From assembly GCF_001548275.1 (NCBI RefSeq), contig NZ_AP014945.1:690001-722000 (forward strand): 32,000 nt of DNA, in the 5' to 3' direction. The notes under the pieces were generated by a model, which was not told the origin of the DNA, did not search any database, and saw nothing but the letters and a program-made list of their open reading frames with translations. Source of the stretch: Caldimicrobium thiodismutans. Lineage in GTDB: Bacteria; Desulfobacterota; Thermodesulfobacteria; Thermodesulfobacteriales; Thermodesulfobacteriaceae. Each line of letters begins with the position of its first letter. Positions within the stretch are counted from its first letter, which is position 1. Of the stretch, positions 8,912 to 17,965 are shown in pieces. A program made the translations under genes and the position numbers.

Positions 8912-10111
8912 TTACCACACTCCAACCACTTCACCTTCAGAGAGGCCTTCTTTGATCTCTGTTTTTCCTCTTGCCTCCCAACCCACCTTTACAAGCCTCT
9001 TTTCCCATTTATCCCCCTTTTTAATCATCACATAGTGGTTCCCCTGGGGATCAATTTTTACTGCGCCTGAGGGCACAAGAAGGACTCCCTCTTTCTTATC
9101 AGCAATAATGGTTACCTGAGCAGTCATCTCAGGTCTTAAATAGTTTTCATAGGGGGTCAAGATGTCAAGGACTGTATCATAAAAAACTACATTGTTTTTG
9201 ATTATAGCTCCGGGATAGATGGTTCTAACTTGAGCTTGAAAGACCTTATCCGGAAAGCTATCTACCTTGAAAGTTGCGGAAAGACCTGTTTTAATTTTTC
9301 CAATATCAGTTTCATCAATATAACAGTGAATCTCTAAGCGAGAAAGGTCTATAACTGTGATAAAGGTTGGAGCATTGAGCCCGGCAACAACTGTCTCACC
9401 TTGCTGGGTGGTAACCTCAGAGACAAATCCATTAATTGGGGAATAGACAAAGGCATAATTAAGCCTAACCTTAGCTTCCTCAACCTGCCTCCGAGCTGAT
9501 TCCACCTGGGCCTTTGCTCTTTCAAGTTCTTTGGTGTATTCCTCCTCCAGGGCCTTTAACTCAGCCTTAGCTGACTCAATTTGATGAATCTTAACAAGTT
9601 TATCTCTTTCCATGCGTTCAAGATCAGTTTTAGAGATAAGCCCATCCTTAAAAAGGTTCTCAAGCCTTTTAAATTCCCGCTCAATCTGAGAAAATTCAGC
9701 CTCAAGGGCTTGAATTGATTTTTTCCTGGAGAGTATGCGTTCAGGATAAGTAACCTTTACTTTTTCAAGCTGACTTAAGGCCTGTTTATAATCATATTGA
9801 TAGCGTTCAACCTGTCTTTTTAAGTCTTCATGTTCAATAATGGCAATAAGTTGTCCTGCCTTGACAAAATCCCCCTGTCTAACAAAGAGTTTTTCTACTT
9901 TTCCGGAAATCCTTGCTCCAACTTTAATACTTGCACCTACTTGAGGTTTCACCGCTCCTGTTGCAGATACCTCAAGGTAGATAGTTCCTCTCTCAACCTT
10001 AGCTGTTTTTTTAGGAACTTGCACTCCTTCATCTTTCTTCGGTTTTTCTTTACAGCCAAATATAGAGAAGGAAATAGCGATAAACAAGATAAAAATTGCA
10101 GTTTTAACCAT
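8912..10111 (-). CDS. efflux periplasmic adaptor (HlyD/MacA family), lipoprotein
   Basis: Lipobox SIFGC, a biotinyl-lipoyl-like segment (GKVEKLFVRQGDFVKAGQLIAII), a long coiled-coil hairpin and a beta-barrel C-terminus. Confidence 0.85.
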   Translation of the reverse strand: MVKTAIFILFIAISFSIFGCKEKPKKDEGVQVPKKTAKVERGTIYLEVSATGAVKPQVGASIKVGARISGKVEKLFVRQGDFVKAGQLIAIIEHEDLKRQVERYQYDYKQALSQLEKVKVTYPERILSRKKSIQALEAEFSQIEREFKRLENLFKDGLISKTDLERMERDKLVKIHQIESAKAELKALEEEYTKELERAKAQVESARRQVEEAKVRLNYAFVYSPINGFVSEVTTQQGETVVAGLNAPTFITVIDLSRLEIHCYIDETDIGKIKTGLSATFKVDSFPDKVFQAQVRTIYPGAIIKNNVVFYDTVLDILTPYENYLRPEMTAQVTIIADKKEGVLLVPSGAVKIDPQGNHYVMIKKGDKWEKRLVKVGWEARGKTEIKEGLSEGEVVGVW

Positions 10112-10114
10112 AAT

Positions 10115-11392
10115 TTAAAGTCCTGGGACCTCTCCTGAGCTTTTGATTAGATTAAAGTAGTTAAGAATTAAATTCGTGCGTGAGACTCCTACTTGTGCCC
10201 TTGCCTGCGAGAGTCTTGCCATAACTGTTGTAAGGTCCACAATACTTGCAAGCCCGTTTTCGTATTTTTTTTGGACAAGACGATAGTCCTCCTCAAGTTT
10301 TGAAAGAAGAGCTTTGGCAGCCTCTAAGTTATCCTTTGCGGTCTGAAATAGTTTATAATTGCTAAAGACCTCTTGCTGGATGTTAAGCTCAAGCTCTCTT
10401 TTTTCAAAATTTTTTTTCTCAAGAGTTGCCCTTTCCTTTTGGAGTTTAGAAACAGTTGAAAACCCTGTAAAAAGGGGGAGGGTTATTTTTATGCCTGCCA
10501 AAAACTGAGAATCTGAATCAGGGAAAAATTTATTATCCACCCTGTAATAGTTAGCAAAAAGGTCAACCGAGGGGAGGTATTCCCCTTTCACACTTTTTAT
10601 TTTAGATTGCTGGGCAAGTATGTCCTTTTCCTTAGACAGAAGTTCTGGCCTGAGCTTTAAAGCTTTATTAATATACACAGCCAGGGGATCCAGTGTAAGC
10701 TCACTCTCTTGAAGGGGCATAAGCTCATAGTCCTCAATTTGGGTTAAATCCTGATTCATAAGAATCAAAAGCCTGGCCTTGGCAATTTCAGCTGAATATT
10801 TATAATTAGTAACATTAAATTCTGCCTCTTTAAGTCTCGCCTCAGCATCAAGGACATCTGCATAAGGGGAAAGACCAACTTCATATCTTTTTTGAGCCAA
10901 TTTTAAAATAATTTTGGCATCTTCAAGATCTGCTAAAGCGGACTCTAATAGGGCCTTTTCGTTAAAATAACTGAGATAGCTTTTAATCGTAGATAAGGCT
11001 ATGTCAAGAATTTTGCTACGGATATTTTCATCCTGAGAGGCTAAATAATAAAGGGCCTCTTTAAAGGCAAAATAGGTAGAAAAACCAGAAAAAATATTCC
11101 AGGAAAGAGTTGGGCCAAAAAGATGTGTATCATAGGAAGGTTTATTTTTCCCTGAATCTGTTCTTTGATAGGTATAACCAAGATAAAACTTTGGAAAAAA
11201 TTCGGCCCTTATAATATTTTTCTGAAAGAAAAACTCCTCTTTTTGCTTTAAAGCTGCTGAAATCTGAGGATTAGCTTTAATAGCTAAGCTTACTGCCTCA
11301 TTAAGGGTTAATATCTTCTTGGCAAAGGTATTTGCTGAAAAAATTAGTTGAAAAAAAATAAAAATAAAGAGAAATCTCAGGGTTTTTGCCAT
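10115..11392 (-). CDS. TolC-family outer membrane efflux protein
   Basis: Signal peptide ending NTFA, followed by two OEP-type repeats (LTLNEAVSLAIKANPQI ..., YADVLDAEARLKEAE ..., SIVDLTTVMARLSQAR). It is the first gene of the five-gene minus-strand operon. Confidence 0.85.
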   Translation of the reverse strand: MAKTLRFLFIFIFFQLIFSANTFAKKILTLNEAVSLAIKANPQISAALKQKEEFFFQKNIIRAEFFPKFYLGYTYQRTDSGKNKPSYDTHLFGPTLSWNIFSGFSTYFAFKEALYYLASQDENIRSKILDIALSTIKSYLSYFNEKALLESALADLEDAKIILKLAQKRYEVGLSPYADVLDAEARLKEAEFNVTNYKYSAEIAKARLLILMNQDLTQIEDYELMPLQESELTLDPLAVYINKALKLRPELLSKEKDILAQQSKIKSVKGEYLPSVDLFANYYRVDNKFFPDSDSQFLAGIKITLPLFTGFSTVSKLQKERATLEKKNFEKRELELNIQQEVFSNYKLFQTAKDNLEAAKALLSKLEEDYRLVQKKYENGLASIVDLTTVMARLSQARAQVGVSRTNLILNYFNLIKSSGEVPGL

Positions 11393-11428
11393 TTGCTCCC
11401 TATTCTTTTAAAGTGTTAGTGCTTACTT

Positions 11429-11456
11429 ACATTAACGCTAAAATATTTTTTGTCAA
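11429..11456 (-). promoter_or_regulatory. possible promoter of the TolC-MacAB operon
   Basis: The minus strand reads TTGACA (11456-11451), a 16-nt spacer, then TAATGT (11434-11429), about 35 nt upstream of ATG 11392. The -10 is weak. Confidence 0.3.
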
Positions 11457-11759
11457 GCGGTTGTATGCCTTCAAATTTTTTGATATTCAAGAGGATTTTT
11501 CCTGCTACTTTTCCCCTCACTCCTCACCTCTCACCTTTAAGGATATGGACCTATCCAGCAATTGAATTGCCTAATTAAAAAATTATTTTTTAATTTTATC
11601 ACAATCAGAGTTAGCACAAGCAATCAAAAGCTTTATTGTCAAGTTTTTTTTATATGAGAATTGGATGATCTTGGGTTAGGCTACTTAGTCCTAAAAGTTC
11701 AACCTGCTCTTTTCTATCAGGGATGCAATAGAAGATGTGACGATTTTGTTGGCCTTTAC

Positions 11760-11773
11760 TGACAAGCTTGTCA
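11760..11773. promoter_or_regulatory. 14-bp perfect palindrome, candidate operator
   Basis: TGACAAGCTTGTCA lies ~85 nt upstream of the -35 of the island promoter, in a 512-bp divergent intergenic region. Confidence 0.25.
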
Positions 11774-11857
11774 TCTCAATGAAGGCTTTGGATTGCTGAA
11801 AATAAGGAAAATATTTAATAAGTTTCTGGCATAAATTTTGTAAGTTAATTTAATACC

Positions 11858-11886
11858 TTGACATTTTTAAAATTAAAATGTAAAAT
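11858..11886 (+). promoter_or_regulatory. sigma70-type promoter of the seven-gene envelope operon
   Basis: TTGACA (11858-11863), a 17-nt spacer, then TAAAAT (11881-11886). This is followed by SD aaggagg (11898-11904) and ATG 11914. Confidence 0.55.
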
Positions 11887-11913
11887 TTCAAAATTTAAAA
11901 GGAGGTGGAGGCC

Positions 11914-12792
11914 ATGAGTAAAAGAGGGAAGGGTTTGAAGATTATTTCTTCTTTGGCCTTGGGTTTTTTTACTTGTTGCCTTTACACTCAAGATACAATA
12001 AGAGCTGAAAGTTCAGCAAGATCACTTTTCATGAGCACAGCAGGAAGCCTTACTCAGGTTGAAGATAAAGGCTCTACTAAAGGCAAAATTTCAATGCCCA
12101 AAAAAGAGGCAACCTCTAAAAAAAGAACTCAGGTTGCACAAAACACTGCAGATAGCTGGAGTTCAGGGCTTCAGATACAGGTATTAAGAGTAAAAGGAGA
12201 TTCACAAGAAGCTAAACTTGAGCCTATTAATCCTAATAAATATATTTTCAGTGAAGGTGAAAGATTTAAAGTTAGAGTTACAGTCAATTTACCTGGTGTT
12301 ATTATGTTTTATAACATTGATCCAAAAGGAGAGTCATCTTACTTAGGAGCCTGGCCAATAGAAAAGGCCTTTACATCGGTTGAACTTCCTTATGAAGGTT
12401 ATTTTGAATTTTATGGAGCAAAAGGAGTAGATAAGTTATATGTTGTCTTTAAACCCTGTCTGGTTGAATCTACCCTCAAAAGTCAGTTTATGGAAAAAAC
12501 AAATTACAGTAGAAGCATAAGATTAGTTCAGACTGATCTGACAGATAAAGTTAATCTCAAAGATGAAGTTAAAAATGCTTTACCAGTGTGCACTGCTGAT
12601 TTAAAAGAGTATACTCAAGATTCAGTTAACAGAAAGATTTATAATTATGCAACTTATTCAAGATCAATTAGAACTGTTTATGATAAAACTGATAGTTCAG
12701 TTTACGCTTTTACTTCACAATCTCAAAGAAACACTAATAGGAATATTGAAGGAGATTTAATTATGCATGTATTAAATTTACGGTTTAAATAA
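11914..12792 (+). CDS. secreted or lipoprotein with a DUF4384-like beta-sandwich domain
   Basis: Hydrophobic N-terminus ending in cysteines (ALGFFTCC). The central segment YIFSEGERFKVRVTVNLPGVIMFYNIDPKGESSYLGAWP ... GVDKLYVVFKP matches the DUF4384 pattern as I remember it. ATG 11914 with a good SD is preferred to GTG 11905. Confidence 0.55.
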   Translation: MSKRGKGLKIISSLALGFFTCCLYTQDTIRAESSARSLFMSTAGSLTQVEDKGSTKGKISMPKKEATSKKRTQVAQNTADSWSSGLQIQVLRVKGDSQEAKLEPINPNKYIFSEGERFKVRVTVNLPGVIMFYNIDPKGESSYLGAWPIEKAFTSVELPYEGYFEFYGAKGVDKLYVVFKPCLVESTLKSQFMEKTNYSRSIRLVQTDLTDKVNLKDEVKNALPVCTADLKEYTQDSVNRKIYNYATYSRSIRTVYDKTDSSVYAFTSQSQRNTNRNIEGDLIMHVLNLRFK

Positions 12793-12820
12793 AACTTCAA
12801 ACTAAATAGAGGAACAGGAT

Positions 12821-13774
12821 ATGAATATAAGATTAGTAATAGTAGGACTAATCTTATTATTCTTTTCCAACTCTATATTGTTTTTCACTGCCTATGCTTC
12901 AAATTTAGAAGTTATTCAACAACTTAAAAGGCTCAATGAGGCGTTAAAACAAACACAAGAAAGAATTAAAAATGAACTTAAAGATAAAAATAATCAAGAA
13001 ATAAACAGTCAATCCTTCCAAAGAAATATTCAAGAAGTTTTTCAAGAAGAATATAAAAATACACAAATGATAAGTTATAAAGAAGATGATTCTATATTTA
13101 ATCAGGCATTAAGGCAATGTGATGAAATGAAAAAGTCAAAAGAGGATCTTGTTAGTGGTGCAGGTAAAAAAGTTTTAACTGGAGCAGCAATTGGTGCAGC
13201 TATTGGTGCAGCGGCAGGAGGCAAAAAAAGGAGAGAGGAAGGGGCAATACTCGGAGCGATATCAGGAGCAATGGCTGGTTTAGCCTATGAACTTTGGACA
13301 AAAAAGGATCTTTTTGAAGAGTCTCCAGAAAAATTAGCTAAGAGAGTAAAATACAATCCATCTAATGGTTTATATCTTAAAATAGGTGAAATAGTTGTAA
13401 AGAATGAAAATGTAAAAACTGGTGACAATTTAAGATTAATTTTACGGGTTGAATATTTATTTCCAGAGTTTTTCAGCAATAGTGTTTCAGAAAATAAAAA
13501 TCTGTTTATGTTTGGTATGAAGCCTGTTTCAGGAGAAAAAAATGAAGAGTCCTCTTCAGTTTATCATACCATAAAAATAAGAGCATATGTAATTAACAAA
13601 GATAATCAGAATTTTGTTGCTGAGGAGGAATATTCTATACCACCTGGAACCACTCCATTTCTTTATGTCTTCCCCATTTGCGATGCTATACCAAGAGGAG
13701 AACACGAGATCAAATTCGTTGTAGAGAGAATGGGGATAAAAGATGAAAAAATTGTCAGATTTACAAAAATATAA
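12821..13774 (+). CDS. secreted coiled-coil / glycine-zipper protein with a C-terminal beta-rich domain
   Basis: Signal peptide (FTAYAS-N), then a coiled-coil region. Double glycine zipper: GAGKKVLTGAAIGAAIGAAAGG ... GAILGAISGAMAGLA. The ~150-aa C-terminal domain is unassigned. Confidence 0.6.
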   Translation: MNIRLVIVGLILLFFSNSILFFTAYASNLEVIQQLKRLNEALKQTQERIKNELKDKNNQEINSQSFQRNIQEVFQEEYKNTQMISYKEDDSIFNQALRQCDEMKKSKEDLVSGAGKKVLTGAAIGAAIGAAAGGKKRREEGAILGAISGAMAGLAYELWTKKDLFEESPEKLAKRVKYNPSNGLYLKIGEIVVKNENVKTGDNLRLILRVEYLFPEFFSNSVSENKNLFMFGMKPVSGEKNEESSSVYHTIKIRAYVINKDNQNFVAEEEYSIPPGTTPFLYVFPICDAIPRGEHEIKFVVERMGIKDEKIVRFTKI

Positions 13775-15137
13775 ATTTTTTATATTCGTAATTCTTACAA
13801 TATTGTCGATAAGTTATTTTTCTAAATCAATTGCTTATGATTATGATACTGCATCCCAGTATGATGAGGTTAAAGATAGGATAAATGAGGCTTTTAATAA
13901 AGCTGGAATTTTTGAAGCTTATGTCCAATTAGATGAAAAAACCAGAATGTATGAATTAAAAGGAAAATATAGAACTTATGATGAATTTTTATATGCCTAC
14001 ATGATTGCTCAAGCAATAGCAGGAGTCAAAAATGTATCTCCAGTGTATAGTATCAAACATGCTGTTATTATTCACACACCGATTGAGAGATGTTTACCTT
14101 ATGCATTACTCAAGAAGCCCTGTCCTCACTTAGCCAAAAAAGATTATAAAGAAGATTCCCAAGCCGCAAAAGAAATAGAAAAAAAGTTGGGTGAAAAACC
14201 TTCTAATAAGTATGCATTAGTAATTGGGGTATCATCTTTTAAAAATAAACAAATACCTGGTGTTCCTGGTGCAGATAATGATGCTCTTATATGGGGTAAA
14301 TATTTAGAGTCTGAGGGTTTTAAAGTGATTTATCTTTTAAATGAAAATGCAACTAAGGAAAAAGTTAATCTGGCAGTTGATGAGATAATTAAAAGAATGA
14401 AAGAAAATGATATATTTGTTTTCTTTGCAGCAAGTCATGGAACTCCTAAAAAGCCAGATGGGGAAGTTGGTATAGTTTTATATGATAGTGGAGATATTCA
14501 AAAAGGTAAAGTTGGTTGTGGATATGCACCACCTAATGAACCTCATCTTCAAGCAGCAAACAAGATGTGTTATTTAGTAAAAGATTCTTTTTCATTAAAA
14601 GAGGGGATTCTTGATAAATTAGCAAATAAAAAGGTTGTATTTATTCCTATTCTTGATGCTTGTTATTCAGGCGATGCTTTGAGAAGTTACTTAGGGGAAG
14701 TTATAAAAAGTGAAGAGGTAGCACCTCTTGATTTTTATGAGAAGAGGCTTAGAGAGGAAGCTCCGGCATCCCTGTATATGGTTCTTTCATCTTCCTCAGG
14801 TTTCAGACAGGCTTATGGGGCAGATGTTAGAAGTTTTACAGAAGTTGAAAAAGTTTTTAAAAGAAGTATCTCTGAGGTGCCATTTACAGCAAAAGATATA
14901 AAAAAAGAATCTGAACTTGCTCATGGAATTTTTAGTTTTTATTTTGTTAATGGATTGAAACTAAATGAGGGATATATTGCAAGAACTTATAATCAAGTAA
15001 AAGATATAATTGATAGGGAATCTGAAAGAGTGTGTTTAAAAGAGAGAGGAAGAAGTATAAGAGTTATCAGTGAATGTCCAAAAGGAGGTCAAAATCCAGT
15101 GCTTTTAAGAATAAGAAAAGAAGAATTTAAATTTTAA
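13743..15137 (+). CDS. secreted BON-like domain + caspase-fold (peptidase C14) protease
   Basis: Signal peptide. BON-like segment AYVQLDEKTRMYELKGKYRTYDEFLYAYMIAQAIAGVKNVSPVYSI. Caspase core: YALVIGVSSF, FVFFAASHGTP (catalytic His) and IPILDACYSGDAL (catalytic Cys). It overlaps the upstream gene by 32 nt. Confidence 0.75.
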   Translation: MKKLSDLQKYKFFIFVILTILSISYFSKSIAYDYDTASQYDEVKDRINEAFNKAGIFEAYVQLDEKTRMYELKGKYRTYDEFLYAYMIAQAIAGVKNVSPVYSIKHAVIIHTPIERCLPYALLKKPCPHLAKKDYKEDSQAAKEIEKKLGEKPSNKYALVIGVSSFKNKQIPGVPGADNDALIWGKYLESEGFKVIYLLNENATKEKVNLAVDEIIKRMKENDIFVFFAASHGTPKKPDGEVGIVLYDSGDIQKGKVGCGYAPPNEPHLQAANKMCYLVKDSFSLKEGILDKLANKKVVFIPILDACYSGDALRSYLGEVIKSEEVAPLDFYEKRLREEAPASLYMVLSSSSGFRQAYGADVRSFTEVEKVFKRSISEVPFTAKDIKKESELAHGIFSFYFVNGLKLNEGYIARTYNQVKDIIDRESERVCLKERGRSIRVISECPKGGQNPVLLRIRKEEFKF

Positions 15138-15153
15138 AAAGGAGGGGACAAGT

Positions 15154-16050
15154 ATGGGTGTAAAATTTGAGGGAAGAGATTATGATATAGATCAAGGCAG
15201 ATTTCAAAGTATACATATACCAAAGGCTAAAGAAGATGATATTTGGAAAAGAGATTTTTATCAAGAAATTTTTAATATAGAAAATAAAAAAATAGAAGAA
15301 TGGATAAAGAATGTTGGTCCAGAGAAAAATAAAAATGAAATAGAGACTAAGCTTAAACAATTTACAGAATTTTTAAGTGGTGAAAAAGATAAAATATTAA
15401 AAAGTTTTGATAAAGACGAATATCGGCACATGTATCAAGAAGGTAAAGAATCAAATAAATATTTAATTTTCTTAATTCTCAGTATCATTGGAGAAACTGC
15501 AATTTTAATTGTTCAGTCTTTAATGGGTGGAGGGTTTAATCCTTTAATTTTACTATACGCAGGTTTATTAGCAGTAGGAGGGTGGCTTTTAGGAAAGGTT
15601 TGGGCAAATTTTTCTATCAAATATGAGGCACAACATAAAGGTGTTTATGACCCTACGAAACATCCTTCAGTTTTTAACTTGATCTACTTTATCCTTGGTG
15701 TTGCTTTAACCTTATTTGTTGCATTTGTAAGAGCCTTTACTGATGAAGGTTTTGATATTCAGGTTTTTATACTAACAATCTTATTAGCGTTAGTTGTAGC
15801 TTTTTTTGAATCACAACGGGCAATTTGTTTAAAAAAGAAAGATTTAGCAACAACTGGACAAATGATGGCACATCTAATTTTGGCTTCAAAAAAACATAAG
15901 GAAATTTTACCGACATATATATTATTATATGAAGAAATAGTCAATAAACCAAAAGAGTCAGTAGTTAATCAAAATAATCAAGCAAAAGAGCATATGGATA
16001 TGTTAAATCATAATAGAGAATCTCAACAAAATCAAAATCCACAAAATTAA
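15154..16050 (+). CDS. polytopic membrane protein (about 4 TM) with a ~100-aa cytoplasmic N-domain and a Q/N-rich tail
   Basis: Strong SD (aaaggagggg). TM segments include YLIFLILSIIGETAILIVQSL, LILLYAGLLAVGGWLLGKVW, VFNLIYFILGVALTLFVAFV and VFILTILLALVVAFF. The tail is NQNNQAKEHMDMLNHNRESQQNQNPQN. I recognise no family. Confidence 0.55.
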   Translation: MGVKFEGRDYDIDQGRFQSIHIPKAKEDDIWKRDFYQEIFNIENKKIEEWIKNVGPEKNKNEIETKLKQFTEFLSGEKDKILKSFDKDEYRHMYQEGKESNKYLIFLILSIIGETAILIVQSLMGGGFNPLILLYAGLLAVGGWLLGKVWANFSIKYEAQHKGVYDPTKHPSVFNLIYFILGVALTLFVAFVRAFTDEGFDIQVFILTILLALVVAFFESQRAICLKKKDLATTGQMMAHLILASKKHKEILPTYILLYEEIVNKPKESVVNQNNQAKEHMDMLNHNRESQQNQNPQN

Positions 16051-16055
16051 TTAAT

Positions 16056-17114
16056 ATGAAAATCTGTCAAGGAGCTGAATTAAAATTTGAAAATTTACAG
16101 AGACTTAGATTAATAAATTTTAAGCCAAATGAATGTAAAGATATATGGGATATAAATACATTTGCTGAAAAAGAACAAGAGTATATTGAGGAATATGTAA
16201 AAAGAAAACTTAAAGATACTAAGCTAAATAAAGAGGATGAAAAGGAGCTCTTAAGAAAGGAACTTAAAATTACATTCTATATTGAACCGAAAAAAATTAA
16301 TCATAGAAGACTTAAATTTTTAGAAAAAAATCATTTTAAAGAAATTTTTACACAATTTAAACTTGAAAAAATTTTGAAAAACTGGTTGTTTTTTGGGCTC
16401 CTGGTGCCTATTTATATCATTGTAATAATAGGTTTAAATTTTTTTGAAAATATCCTTGATGGTTTTGAAGTTGGATTTGCAAAAATATTAATAGATGGAG
16501 TGATCTATGCTTTCTTATCATTAGTTGCTTGCTGGATAATAGGCTTTTCTTTAGCAAATTATTTTTATATTAATTTTGTAAATGAATATCATAATGAAAT
16601 GCAAAAGAAGGATTCAACCATAGAAAACTTTTATGAGAAATATGCTAAAGATAAGTTTTTTAAAAAATTTCACTTAATTTTTAAAGAAAAAAAAGATTCT
16701 GAAATAGATGTGAAAAATAAAATATTATTTGGAGAATCAATTCATAAAGTTTACTGTATTTTTGGTTTGCTTATTTTGATCTTTGTATATTTATCAATTG
16801 GTATATTAGATTTCAGTGATTTATATAAACTTGTAAAATTATCTTCAGGTATATTTGAAACTGCATCCTATTTTGGATTTTCAGCTCTGCTAATTTCTCT
16901 GGTTTTTAATGGATTTTTCAGAGATTATCTAAGGAATTTTATCTTATTTGAATACGAACAAGCCTTATTAGAGTATGCTTCATGCACAAAGCATAATCAC
17001 CTAATAGATGAATATATAGAGTATGCTTCTAACGAAGAGCATAATCACCAAATTGATGAATGTATTAATAAATTTTATGCAGAAAAAATTCAACCAAAGG
17101 AGGGTGAAATATGA
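16056..17114 (+). CDS. polytopic membrane protein with a K/E-rich N-domain and a duplicated HNH-x-IDE C-terminal motif
   Basis: Starts 5 nt after the upstream stop. Several TM segments (WLFFGLLVPIYIIVIIGL, VIYAFLSLVACWIIGFSLANYFYI, VYCIFGLLILIFVYLSIGIL, YFGFSALLISLVFNGFF). The C-terminus is EYASCTKHNHLIDEYI / EYASNEEHNHQIDECI. I recognise no family. Confidence 0.5.
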   Translation: MKICQGAELKFENLQRLRLINFKPNECKDIWDINTFAEKEQEYIEEYVKRKLKDTKLNKEDEKELLRKELKITFYIEPKKINHRRLKFLEKNHFKEIFTQFKLEKILKNWLFFGLLVPIYIIVIIGLNFFENILDGFEVGFAKILIDGVIYAFLSLVACWIIGFSLANYFYINFVNEYHNEMQKKDSTIENFYEKYAKDKFFKKFHLIFKEKKDSEIDVKNKILFGESIHKVYCIFGLLILIFVYLSIGILDFSDLYKLVKLSSGIFETASYFGFSALLISLVFNGFFRDYLRNFILFEYEQALLEYASCTKHNHLIDEYIEYASNEEHNHQIDECINKFYAEKIQPKEGEI

Positions 17115-17953
17115 AGGGACAATTGAAACACTTCCTGATTGCTCTTATTAGTATTCTTATTTTATTTAGCTATTCTTTTGCAAAAGAGGATATTATTTTT
17201 CTTTATGGTGGGAATGCCTGGAATCTTTTTGAAAGTTATATTAAAAAAGCTGAAAAAGAAGGGAAAAAACTTAAGCTTGGAGATTTAAAGGTTAAAGTGT
17301 GGAATGGTAAAGAATTTGCAGAATATTCAATTAAATGGCAGGATTATTTAAAAGGTGATCCAGTTTTAAAGTTATGGGAAAATAAGCTAAAAAATGTTGA
17401 AGCAAAATATGATCCAAAGGCTGTAGAGACAGCTAAAAAATATGGATGGGTAGTTTATGGAATTGGTTCCGTTCAAGCAGATTCAAGCGCCTCTGAAAAT
17501 ATTTCTAAACCACAAGCTAAAGGATCTTGTAGCCCTGATGCAGAAAGCTTTATTAATCTTGGTATTCAATCAGTAAATAACAAAAAATATGATAATGCTT
17601 TAAAGGAATTTAAAAAAGCTCTTGAAATTTCACCTACCTGTCCAGAAGCTTATGGCAATCTCGTATCCCTTTATGTAATAAAGAAAAATTATAATCTTGC
17701 CATTGATACTTATAAAGAGGGTATCAATAAGGCTGGTGATAATGGATTTCTTCATATAACAGGAGCAATTGCATATACCAAGAGAAGAGATTTTGACTAT
17801 GCTTTAATAGCCCTGGAAAAAGCTTTAACTTCAGGGTTTAAAGATAAATCAGTTTTAGATGGTAAAGACTTAGAACCTTTATTTAGTGCTAAAAAGAAAG
17901 AATTTTGTGGCATACTTGAAAGGGCTGGAATAGTATTAAAAAAGTGCCTGTAG
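17111..17953 (+). CDS. secreted TPR-repeat protein
   Basis: ATGA overlap with the upstream gene and a strong SD (aaggaggg). Signal peptide (SYSFA-K). C-terminal TPR units: AESFINLGIQSVNNKKYDNALKEFKKALEISPTCPEAYGNLVSLYVIKKNYNLAIDTYKEGI. Confidence 0.65.
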   Translation: MKGQLKHFLIALISILILFSYSFAKEDIIFLYGGNAWNLFESYIKKAEKEGKKLKLGDLKVKVWNGKEFAEYSIKWQDYLKGDPVLKLWENKLKNVEAKYDPKAVETAKKYGWVVYGIGSVQADSSASENISKPQAKGSCSPDAESFINLGIQSVNNKKYDNALKEFKKALEISPTCPEAYGNLVSLYVIKKNYNLAIDTYKEGINKAGDNGFLHITGAIAYTKRRDFDYALIALEKALTSGFKDKSVLDGKDLEPLFSAKKKEFCGILERAGIVLKKCL

Positions 17954-17965
17954 GAGGAGGGAATT

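Noticed and set aside
5818-11392. MacAB/TolC efflux operon as part of the caspase system (divergent neighbour sharing the control region)
   Set aside because: Its composition is core-like, and it is a complete, self-sufficient tripartite pump. Adjacency alone does not support a functional link.
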